Program-made: the position numbers and the translations under genes
Source: Eledone cirrhosa
Taxonomy: Eukaryota
DNA length: 64,000 bases
Assembly (NCBI GenBank): GCA_964016885.1
Contig: OZ024741.1
Location: 367,350,001-367,414,000, forward strand
Direction: 5' to 3'
Shown here: positions 54,977-64,000 of the stretch, one piece after another
Position numbering within the stretch: position 1 is the stretch's first letter
Layout: every line of letters begins with the position of its first letter
The notes under the pieces: generated by a model
Seen by the model: the letters and a program-made list of their open reading frames with translations, nothing else
Databases searched by the model: none
What the model was told of the DNA's origin: nothing

Positions 54977-57900
54977 ATTATTATTATTATTATCATTGTT
55001 GTTATTCCTTGAATCTCAGTCATTGATGTTGGTTAACTGGAAAGTCCGTTGGATTGAATATCAAGCCACTACCTGCAGCCTCAGATATTCAGGACGTATC
55101 GGAGGGTTCTTGCTGTTCCAAGCAAGCATGCCTTTTGAAGCGTTCCAAAAAGCGTGAAGGGGCCGATTTTCTTTAACCATCCCTGGAAACTTTTGGAGAT
55201 AGTCCCCAGTGCGCCTATGACAATCGGGATCACTTTGACTTCATGGCAGTTCCAAATCCTTTTCACCTCCCACTTTAGGTCCTGGTATCGGTTAATTTTC
55301 TCCCTCTCCTTCTCTTGCACTCTCGTGTCGAACGGGCAGGCCACATCCACAATCAGACACGATCTTTTTTCTTTGTCCACAACCACCAGGTCAGGTCTAT
55401 TGTGTTCCAGTTTTTTGTCCGTCTGTATCCTAAAATCCCACAGCACCTTCACCTGATTGTTCTCCATCACCGCCTCTGGCCTATGCTCATACCATTTCTC
55501 AGAATGTGGTAAATTGTTTACTTTGCACAGGTGCCAGTGGATCACCCTGCCCATCACATCGTGTCTCCAGCCCTTATAGTGGGTCTGGGCTAGGTGTTTA
55601 CACTCGGATACAATGTGAGCCACAGTCTCCTCTCTCTCTCCACAGATCCTGCACAGTGGGCTAGCCTCCTCCTTGTAAATATGGTGCTTCAACCACTTCG
55701 TTTTGAGGGCCTGCTCCTGCGCAGCCATTAGCATTCCTTCTGTAGCCTTTTTGAGGTCTCCTCTTCTCAACCAGTTCCATGTCTGTGGATCTCTAAATTC
55801 AGTTTTCTCAAAGAAGGTACTATGAAGGGATTTTCCCTTAAGGCTGCTCTTCCTCCTTGATGTTATTTCCTCCTTGGACATCCCCTGGCCTACTGTCCCC
55901 TCCTTCAGTACAGCTCTGAGCATTGGCTCCTTACTATAGGTCACGTATTTGTATAGGTTGTTTTTCTCCATCTGAACACAGTCCTCTATGCTGATAAGAC
56001 CTCTTCCACCCTCAGATCTCCTTAGGTAGAGTCTATCGACATCACTCCTCTTGTGGAACATGTTGTAGATAGTCAATAGCTTCCTAGTCTTCCTATCCAT
56101 TTCTTTTTGTTCAGCAACATTCCATCTCAGAATTCCCGCACTGTACCTAATAATAGACACAGCTCGGGAATTTACTGCGCTAATGGCATTTCTGCTGTTC
56201 AGATGTGACTTCAATACGCTCCTTACTCTCCGAATGTATTCAGTTCTTAACAATTCCTTCATTTTTTTGTTCTTTATGCCATCAGCCTCCAGAACGCCCA
56301 AATACTTGTATCCTTCCTCAGAGTCAATTTCCTTTATCATCTCACCTGTTGGTATCTGGATCCCGTTACTTCTGCTCAACCTACCCCTCCTCATCACAAT
56401 GACTCCACATTTACCAATACCAAACTGCATACATATATCACTGCTGAAAATACGGACAGTGTCAACAAGCACATCCAACTCCTTCTCACTTTTCCCGAAG
56501 AGCTTAAGATCGTACATGAAGAGGAGGTGATTGATGGTAAGCTCTCCCCTTCCCAACTTGTATCCTGCTCTCACTTTTCGCAGCATGATGGTCAAGGGCA
56601 TCAGGGCAAGGACAAACAACAGAGGGGACAGGCTATCTCCCTGGAAGATACCTCTCTTGATCTTCACGCTTCCCAAGGATACTCCAGTTGATGTCAACTC
56701 TGTCTCCCAGGACCCCATACTCCTGCCCAGCAACTGTCTGATGTTATCTGCCACCCTGAAGATCTCCAGGCTTTTGGTGATCCAAGAATGAGGCACCATG
56801 TCAAATGCCTTTCTGTAGTCTATCCATCCCATGGCAAGATCAGTGTGTCTCCTCCTGCAATTCCCCATTACCATCTTATAAATAAGTAACTGGTCCTTTG
56901 TACCACGTGACTTCTTTCGGCATCCTTTCTGTTCGTCCGGTAACAAGTTGTTTGTGTGGAGGTGATGGTAGATTTCCTCAGACACAATGCTCGTCAACAG
57001 TTTCCACATTACGGACAGACATGTGATAGGTCTATAGTTGGCAACATCATTACCCTTGATTCGGTCTTTCATTATCAGAACTGTGGTACCTTTTGTCAAC
57101 CACTCTGGCACCTCACCCGACACCAAGCAGTCATTGAACATGGCCGTCAGCTTCGGGTGGAGGGATGTTAAATGTTTAATCCAATACCCCTGCACACCAT
57201 CTGGGCCTGGTGATTTCCAGTTGGTTAGTTTTTTGGCCTGCCCCTTAAGAGTTTCAACTGTGATACTCAAATCAGTCTGTTGTTGTGCCTGCTCACCGAT
57301 CTCCCTCTGTACTGTCTCAATCCACCCTGCCTGGACATTATGTCTAACATCCTGCTCCCATATTCCTCTCCAGAATGTTTTAGTTTGCTCCGCCCCAGGG
57401 ATCAAGTCGTTGCCTCTTTCTTTCCCCTCAAGCTGTCCAAACAGCATCTTCTGGTTGTTGTCGAACATGCGGTTCTGTTTATACTGACTGACTCTGTTCT
57501 CGTATCGCCTGATTTTTGCACTCTTTGCTACAATGCGTTGCTTCAGTTCCTCTATGATAATATTTAGCTTTTTCCTCCTAGTTTTGTATTTTATTTCCAG
57601 TCTATTTTTAGTGCCTATGTTTTTTAGTGTCCCATTCAGTAGTGACTCAAGCTTTCCTATGTCATTTCTCATTTCCCCGATTTGCCCACTCAGTCGCTTC
57701 TTCCACCATGGCTCTGCTCTTTCTTGTCTGTTGTTTCCTCTCGCTTTTATACCAAGTAGTTTCCTCACCGTATTTGCTGTTGCTTTGAGGATATTGTTGC
57801 ACTGGTGAAGGCTCCTCGCCTCAAGGTATAGGATGACTTTGTTTACCTTAGCTGTTGTTTCTTTTAACTTTTTCCTGTCTACAAATCTTAGGTTCATAGG

Positions 57901-58600
57901 TCTCCCACTATCATTGTTCAATTCATCTACCACTAAATTTAGGATGTCAACCGAATCTTGTCCTAGCCCGTCAGCATTCATCTCCTCAGTGGCCGTATCT
58001 CTGTTCCAGGTATTATTTATCTCAGTATTCAGGTCATTGTCTGCTTCGGGTGGTTCCTCCGTTCTCAGGACCTCTTCACCTTCATTTCCCACTGGCTCGC
58101 TTGTCTGGCATACTACACCCGCCATCTCCAAGCCATTCTCTCTGCTCAGTTCCTCCAGTTCCAGCTCGCTTATCCACCCATTAGTTCTTATTACCCGAGC
58201 CTGCCCGGCCAATTTTTGTTCATCTAATTTAAATAAACCAATCTCGTTCCAGATGTTATGCATCCGTCTCCTGTAGCCCCTCTCCTTGGGGTTACTTTTC
58301 AGGTAACATTGCATAACAGTTCTATTCAATTCTTTCGTCCAGTTGGTTCTGGCCCCTTTCCTTCTTCTCCTTCCTCCAACATCAGCAGTATTTGGTTGAC
58401 AGTTAGGTTCCTGCTGCTGAGCCAGGGGGCACCTGTTGGGTGAGAGTCTGTCACATGACGTTCTAGTCTCCATTTCACCGTTATTCGAACTGTTTATGTT
58501 CGATATTTAAACACTCTTATCGAGGATTGGCGAATGTATGGTTACATAGCCATCTGTGGATCCGCCATTCCACTTGGCCCTTGTGTGGCATTATCACCAC
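54977..58600 (-). mobile_element. Near full-length R4/Dong-clade non-LTR retrotransposon (5' boundary uncertain)
   Basis: Single ORF with RT and C-terminal RLE; short 3' UTR ending in (AAT)n at about 54977-54995. Confidence 0.9.
55081..58473 (-). CDS. 1130-aa retrotransposon protein: N-terminal Myb-like region, reverse transcriptase, CCHC knuckle, restriction-like endonuclease; RT probably inactive (FMYD)
   Basis: Motifs KSPGPDGV, NYRPITCL, EQKGC, IDYRKAFDMVPH, GIFQGDSLSPLLF, HLLFMYDLKLF, YKYLGV, CRICGEREETVAHIVSEC, RHD, WDFRIQTD, NRPDLVVVD, VDVACP. Confidence 0.93.
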   Translation of the reverse strand: METRTSCDRLSPNRCPLAQQQEPNCQPNTADVGGRRRRKGARTNWTKELNRTVMQCYLKSNPKERGYRRRMHNIWNEIGLFKLDEQKLAGQARVIRTNGWISELELEELSRENGLEMAGVVCQTSEPVGNEGEEVLRTEEPPEADNDLNTEINNTWNRDTATEEMNADGLGQDSVDILNLVVDELNNDSGRPMNLRFVDRKKLKETTAKVNKVILYLEARSLHQCNNILKATANTVRKLLGIKARGNNRQERAEPWWKKRLSGQIGEMRNDIGKLESLLNGTLKNIGTKNRLEIKYKTRRKKLNIIIEELKQRIVAKSAKIRRYENRVSQYKQNRMFDNNQKMLFGQLEGKERGNDLIPGAEQTKTFWRGIWEQDVRHNVQAGWIETVQREIGEQAQQQTDLSITVETLKGQAKKLTNWKSPGPDGVQGYWIKHLTSLHPKLTAMFNDCLVSGEVPEWLTKGTTVLIMKDRIKGNDVANYRPITCLSVMWKLLTSIVSEEIYHHLHTNNLLPDEQKGCRKKSRGTKDQLLIYKMVMGNCRRRHTDLAMGWIDYRKAFDMVPHSWITKSLEIFRVADNIRQLLGRSMGSWETELTSTGVSLGSVKIKRGIFQGDSLSPLLFVLALMPLTIMLRKVRAGYKLGRGELTINHLLFMYDLKLFGKSEKELDVLVDTVRIFSSDICMQFGIGKCGVIVMRRGRLSRSNGIQIPTGEMIKEIDSEEGYKYLGVLEADGIKNKKMKELLRTEYIRRVRSVLKSHLNSRNAISAVNSRAVSIIRYSAGILRWNVAEQKEMDRKTRKLLTIYNMFHKRSDVDRLYLRRSEGGRGLISIEDCVQMEKNNLYKYVTYSKEPMLRAVLKEGTVGQGMSKEEITSRRKSSLKGKSLHSTFFEKTEFRDPQTWNWLRRGDLKKATEGMLMAAQEQALKTKWLKHHIYKEEASPLCRICGEREETVAHIVSECKHLAQTHYKGWRHDVMGRVIHWHLCKVNNLPHSEKWYEHRPEAVMENNQVKVLWDFRIQTDKKLEHNRPDLVVVDKEKRSCLIVDVACPFDTRVQEKEREKINRYQDLKWEVKRIWNCHEVKVIPIVIGALGTISKSFQGWLKKIGPFTLFGTLQKACLLGTARTLRYVLNI

Positions 58601-58989
58601 GCTGTATACGAACACACATAAACAAACAAACACACAGGCAGAAAGGGCCCCAAAAATGAATAAGCATAAGTTTCATTGTAATGTAGTGTTCGAATGCCTG
58701 ACTTAGTTTTTGTTTTTTAAGTTTTAGTCCCCCCCCCCTCTTCTCTGTCCGTCCGCCTGCTTCTCTCTTCATTCTTATTTTCTTTACGTTTTTTGGGGTT
58801 TTTTTTTTGTTTTTGTTTTTCTCTGTTTGTTTTTCTCGTTTTTTGCTGTTGTTGCTGTGCTGCTTTGGTTTTGTTGTTTGTTTTTTCTTTTTTCTTTTGA
58901 GTCTATCTATATATTTTGATGCCTTCCTCTTTTTTAGCAGTAGGGATTCTATAATGTGGTGGCAGCAGCCAGCTAGAAGAAGTGGGAGA

Positions 58990-59280
58990 CTGGCGGCGGT
59001 AGCGATACTGAGACAGTGGTGGTGGTGATGTCGATACCGAGGCAGTGGTGGCGGTGATGTGACCGTATTACTGTAGTGATGGTGCTGTAGCGGTGATGTG
59101 ACCGTATTACTGTAGTGATGGTGCTGTAGCGGTGGTAGCAGTGAAGGAGTGAAGGGTGGTGGCGGCGGTGATGGGATAATGGTGGTAATGATGGCCGTAG
59201 TGAGCGGTGGTGGTGAAAATGCCGTTATCTGGCTGTTGTGTTTAGTGTACACAGGTGATGGGGTGGGTGGTGTATCTAGT
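58990..59280. repeat. GGT-rich low-complexity tract containing an exact 39-bp tandem duplication (59051-59128)
   Basis: GCGGTGATGTGACCGTATTACTGTAGTGATGGTGCTGTA occurs twice in tandem. Confidence 0.85.
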
Positions 59281-59481
59281 TTCTGGTGCTGGTGAGTTTG
59301 GCTGTTCTATATAGTGTAGACAGAGGAGAGGAGGAGGGGGGGGGTCTTCTTCCATTTATAGCCATTTTCTTTTTTGGATATACAGTGTACAATACAAAGT
59401 TGAATATTTGAATATTTGAGCCTTATAACAATATATTTTGGGTCCGAATTTTTTGGGGCTCAAGCCGGGTGCTTTACGTAG

Positions 59482-59483
59482 CA

Positions 59484-59514
<31 letters not shown>

Positions 59515-59545
59515 TATTATTACTTTTTTTTTTTTTTTTTTTTTA
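59482..59545. repeat. (ATT)n plus poly-T tract
   Basis: Directly visible. Confidence 0.95.
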
Positions 59546-59552
59546 AAATTCA

Positions 59553-62500
59553 ATGATGTTCCAGAACAATATAAAAGAGATAATTGGCAATTTAGGTTCT
59601 GGAACAAAAAAGATCATTGGCAATTTGGGCAGGGGCCCCAGGTTATCACAGCCTGGGCCCGCTCGTCATCGTGCCATTGTAATAAAGCCAAACAAGGCAT
59701 TTAGTCTTGGCTGCTGGAACGTACGGACGCTGCTTGACAGGGATTCCTTGGAGCGTCCTGAACGAAGGACCGCTCTTGTTGCAAAGGAGCTTCGACGTTA
59801 CGATCTTGACATCGTGGCTTTATCTGAGACGAGGTTAGCTGGAGATGGTCATCTTACGGAATTTTGTGGAGAATATACATTCTTCTGGAAAGGAAGAGAT
59901 GAAGGAACCAGAAGAGAGGCTGGGGTAGGATTTGCTGTTAAGACTCTACTTGTGAACAAATTAGAAGAATTCCCAGTAGGGATTAGTGAGCGTCTTATGT
60001 CCATGAGAGTTCCGCTGGACAAGGGAAGATATGCTACCCTGGTGAGTGTGTATGCTCCAACTATGAGTTCTGTCGATGAGGAAAAGGTGTCCTTTTACCA
60101 TGCCTTGAAAGGTGTTTTAAGAAATATCCCTCAGGCAGACAAAGTCATCGTGCTTGGTGACTTTAATGCTAGAGTGGGTAGGGATTTTAACACATGGAAT
60201 GTAATCGGAAGGCATGGGGTGGGAAAGTGTAACAGCAATGGTATGCTCCTGCTGCAGATGTGTGAGGAGCTGGATCTGTGTGTTACCAACACCATGTTCC
60301 AACAAAAGAACAAATTCAAGACCACATGGATGCATCCTGCATCTAAGGAATGGCATCTTTTGGACTACGTCCTAGTCAGGATGCGTGACAGACAGGATGT
60401 GCAGTGTGTTCGTGTTCTTCGTGGAGCTGAGTGCTGGACGGACCACCGCCTGGTACGCGCAAAAGTGAAACTAATCACTAAACGTAAAATGCGGGCTCCT
60501 GGTGTTGCCCTGCCCAAAAGATTGAATGCTGCTCGTCTTAAGGATAAAAATGTGAAGAGGACATTGGAAGAAGAGATGCAGGCTGCAGATCTTGGTGAGG
60601 ATTGGCCGACCCTTAAAAAGTCGGTTTATGATGTAGGCAGGCGTGTTCTGGGATTGGCGCAGAGGAGACATCAGGACTGGTTTAATGAGAATGATGTACA
60701 TATAGAAGACTTGTTGGCTGATAAGAGGCGTGCTCTGTCACGCTACTTGACGGCAAAACCACAGGAGTGGAATACGTTGCATGAGGAACTCAGGGATGTA
60801 AAATCACGTGTTAGGCGGAGTCTTTCTCAGATGAAGGATCAGTGGTGGAGTGAGAAGGCTGGTGAGATACAAACTGCGTCTGATTCCAATAACACAAAGC
60901 TGTTGTACAGTCTCTTGCGTGAGGTTTATGGACCGTCTTCTTCTCTGGTGACACCGCTTCGCAGCAAGGATGGCAAAGAACTTCTTCGTGACTCACAGGG
61001 AATTCTACGAAGGTGGCGAGAGCACTTTGATGATCTTTTGAATCAGCCATCTGTCGTCAGTGAAGATTTCCTCAATCTTATTCCAGAAAGTCCTGTGAAA
61101 GTAGCTCTCGCAGAACCTCCGACGCTTGTGGAGGTTGCAGTGGCTATTTCGAAGCTGAACAGTGGAAGATCTCCAGGTATGGATGGCATACATGCTGAGC
61201 TCCTACAATATGGTGGTGAGAGACTCCTGCAACATCTTCACTCTTTGTTTGGCAGGATATGGGCTAATGAATCCGTACCTGAGGACTGGAGAGATGCAGT
61301 AATGGTGGTCTTGTACAAGGGAAAGGGTAACAGGAACGATTGTGGGAACTACAGAGGTATATCATTGCTTTCTGTCGTAGGGAAAGTTTTATGTAGAGTG
61401 CTTCTGGACCGTCTGCTGACACACATTGCAGATTGTGTTCTTCCTGAAAGTCAATCTGGTTTTCATGTGGGACGCGGCACTACTGATATGATCTTCTCAG
61501 CTAGACAGCTCCAGGAGAAGTGCATGGAACAAGGCTTGGATCTGTATCAGGTTTTTGTCGATCTGACAAAAGCTTTCGATACTGTTAACAGAGATGCATT
61601 ATGGAAGGTTCTCCAGAAACTTGGTTGCCCTGATAAGTTCCTTGCTTTAGTTAGGTCTTTCCATGACGACATGAAGGCTTGGGTTAATGTCGGGGGTAAC
61701 ATGTCGGAGCCTATCTCAGTAAAAAATGGAGTGAAACAGGGGGATATTCCAGCACCGACCCTGTTTGCCATATACTTTGCAATGGTTTTCTGTATTGCAT
61801 TCAGGAATTGCGAGCATGGTGTTTACATCCGATATCGAACCTCAGGCAGCATATTTAACATCAGGCGCTTTGCTGCGAAGACAAAAGTATTTACATCAAT
61901 CATAAGAGACCTCTTGTATGCAGATGATTGCGATCTTGTAGCGCACACAGAGAGTGATATGCAGCACATTTTGAATGCATTTTCTGACGCTTGCACTGCC
62001 CTAGGTCTGACTGTCAGTCTCAAGAAACCGTCGTCATGTACCAACCTGCCCCTGGTAAGCAGTACACTGAACCAAACATCTATGTGTATGGCAAACGACT
62101 TGGGGTGGTTGATCAGTTTGTCTACCTGGGAAGCACTGTCAATCGATACAGCAACCTTGACAGTGAAATCTCACTTAGGATTAGGAAAGCAAGTGATGCT
62201 TTCGGAAAGCTAGAAAGGCGACTCTGGGGTCGGCGAGATATATGCAGGAGGACAAAGGTAAAGGTGTACAGGGCATGTGTGCTCTCTTGTCTTCTTTATG
62301 CCTGCGAGACCTGGGTCACGTATCGACACCACCTTAAGCAATTGGAGCGTTTCCATCAGATGTGTCTCAGACGGATCCATGGCGTTCACTGGAGGGACCA
62401 CATCAGTGATGTCGAGATTTTGGAAAGCTCTATGTGTGACAGTATAGAAGCTCTTGTGCTTAAGCAACGACTCCGTTGGAGTGGTCACCTTGCCAGGATG

Positions 62501-63098
62501 AAGGATTCTAGAATACCAAAACAACTCTTCTATGGAGAGTTGGTTAAAGGAAAACGACCGCCACATAAACCAAAAAAGAGGTATAAGGATTCCTTGAAAG
62601 CCTCTCTGAAAGACGCTAACATCTCTGCTGATACATAGGAAAATATTGCTGCTGATCGTAATAAATGGAGAAAGACTGTATATGAGGGAAAAGTTGCCTT
62701 TGAGGCATCTCGAATCGCATACGAGAAAGTAAAGCGGGATGTGAGGAAGGGCATTGCTGTTGCACTTCCAGACAGCGAGGGTCCTCCTATGGTGCTGACA
62801 TGCAGCGTATGTGCGAGACTCTGCCTAAGCAAAGCTGGACTCGAAAGTCATCTTCGCAGTCATTAAAGTAAGACCAGTGGTTGACTACCAGGCTGCTGTT
62901 GGAGATGCTACTCATCATGCTTGCCAAACATGTGGTAGAGAATGTAAATCAGCAGGAGGGCTCAAGCGAGATGCAAAAGTACACGAACTCCAACCACAGC
63001 CGACTATTCCCAGTGAATGTTTTGGTTGCCGACTCTGTGCAAGACATTTTAGATCATTGGCAGGGCTAAAAAGCCACATTCGATCGCAGCGCTGTTAG
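59553..63098 (+). pseudogene. RTE ORF: AP endonuclease, reverse transcriptase and three C-terminal C2H2-type fingers; two frameshifts and one nonsense codon
   Basis: APE motifs WNVRTL, ALSETR, YAPT, GDFNA, LDYVL, TDHRLV; RT motifs SPGMDGI, NYRGISLLS, FVDLTKAFD, GVKQG, LLYADD, then FVYLGS after a frameshift at about 62022-62028; TAG at 62636-62638 in place of an expected Trp; frame change at about 62864. Confidence 0.92.
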
Positions 63099-63104
63099 TT
63101 GCTA

Positions 63105-63279
63105 TCGTGTGTCTGTGTGTGTGTAGATATGCTTATGTGTGTGCGTGTGTGTGTATATATGAATATGTATATGTATATTATTATTGTTGTTGTCGTTATT
63201 ATTATTGTTGTTATTATTATTATTATTATTATTGTTATTAATGTATGTGTTTGTGTAAGTGTGTGTATATATATGTATG

Positions 63280-63324
<45 letters not shown>

Positions 63325-63370
63325 CTTTTTTTTTTTTATTTATTATTATTATTTTTTTTTTTTTTCTTTC
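63105..63370. repeat. Compound microsatellite block (GT, ATT/GTT, TA, poly-T) inside the RTE 3' UTR
   Basis: Directly visible. Confidence 0.9.
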
Positions 63371-63413
63371 TCCTCGTGCAATGGCCATACTCGATAACGA
63401 GGGGGCAGCCATC

Positions 63414-63875
63414 ATGTATGTATGTATGTATGTATGTATGTATGTATGTGTGTATGTATGTGTACATGTATGTATGCGTACATGTATGTATGTATGTGTA
63501 CATGTATATATGTATGTAAGTGTGTGTAAATATAGATAGATAGATCTAGATACACATACACATATACACGCACACACACCCACATATATATATATTTGTG
63601 TGTGTATATATATATATATATGTATGTATACATTTTATATATATATATGTATACATTTTATATATATATATGTATGTATATATACATTATATATATATAT
63701 ACATATATAAATGGAATAGAATGAAACGAAATTTCATTTCTCACTCTTATAGTACGGTAGTTACTTAAATGTAAGTATGTATGTATGTATACGTACATAC
63801 ATATATGTATACAGACGTACAGTAGTATGTATATATATACATACATGCACACATATATATATATATATATATGCA
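63414..63875. repeat. (ATGT)n, (TA)n and (CA)n low-complexity region
   Basis: Directly visible. Confidence 0.9.
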
Positions 63876-64000
63876 CGTATCGGTTTACCGAACATTTATT
63901 ATAATGCTCGGTTTGTTTGTTTGTAAACAAACAAACAGCCCGAATTACGCCGTACAGTGTTTAGGTAACCATGTCACCCCTTTGTTCAACACTGACACAG

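Larger units (their letters stand above)
59553..63447 (+). mobile_element. RTE-clade LINE, nearly complete but disrupted
   Basis: APE plus RT coding region; RTE-like terminal stem-loop ATGGCCATACTCGATAACGAGGGGGCAGCCATC at about 63381-63413 followed by an (ATGT)n tail. Confidence 0.9.

Noticed and set aside
55154-58443. Plus-strand ORFs overlapping the Dong-type element
   Set aside because: Antisense shadows of the retrotransposon ORF with no recognisable motifs.
58542-59252. 236-aa minus-strand Pro/His/Lys-rich ORF as a possible ORF1
   Set aside because: Derived from GGT-rich and T-rich low-complexity DNA; R4-clade elements have a single ORF.
60117-62832. Minus-strand ORFs within the RTE element
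   Set aside because: Antisense shadows with no independent coding evidence.
63095-63930. ORFs in the terminal low-complexity region
   Set aside because: Microsatellite translations.

Overview
Eukaryotic (animal) repeat-rich DNA with no recognisable host gene. Bases 1-~50971 are one giant 12-bp satellite (consensus TCTGTGTATCTG; GACA-GATA-CACA on the minus strand; about 4,250 units, running off the left edge). It has nested higher-order duplications with periods of about 0.88, 1.37, 3.6-3.9 and 7.0-7.4 kb, and the variant set changes along the array. The huge ORFs there are artefacts of a unit with no stop codon in any frame. The satellite ends at a 15-copy 31-bp minisatellite, followed by a retroelement-dense flank: a decayed SINE-like piece, a HERO-like RLE retrotransposon relic split by a 197-bp MITE with a 6-bp TSD, a structured RTE-5'UTR-like element, two head-to-tail R4/Dong-type elements separated by (TAA)n tracts (one with an open 1130-aa ORF but FMDD mutated to FMYD), and a disrupted RTE LINE ending in three C2H2-type fingers. 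The repeat mix resembles what I recall of octopus genomes, which is unverified. I found no convincing wholly new system; the best leads are the satellite architecture and boundary, the stacked Dong elements, the triple-finger RTE and the MITE.
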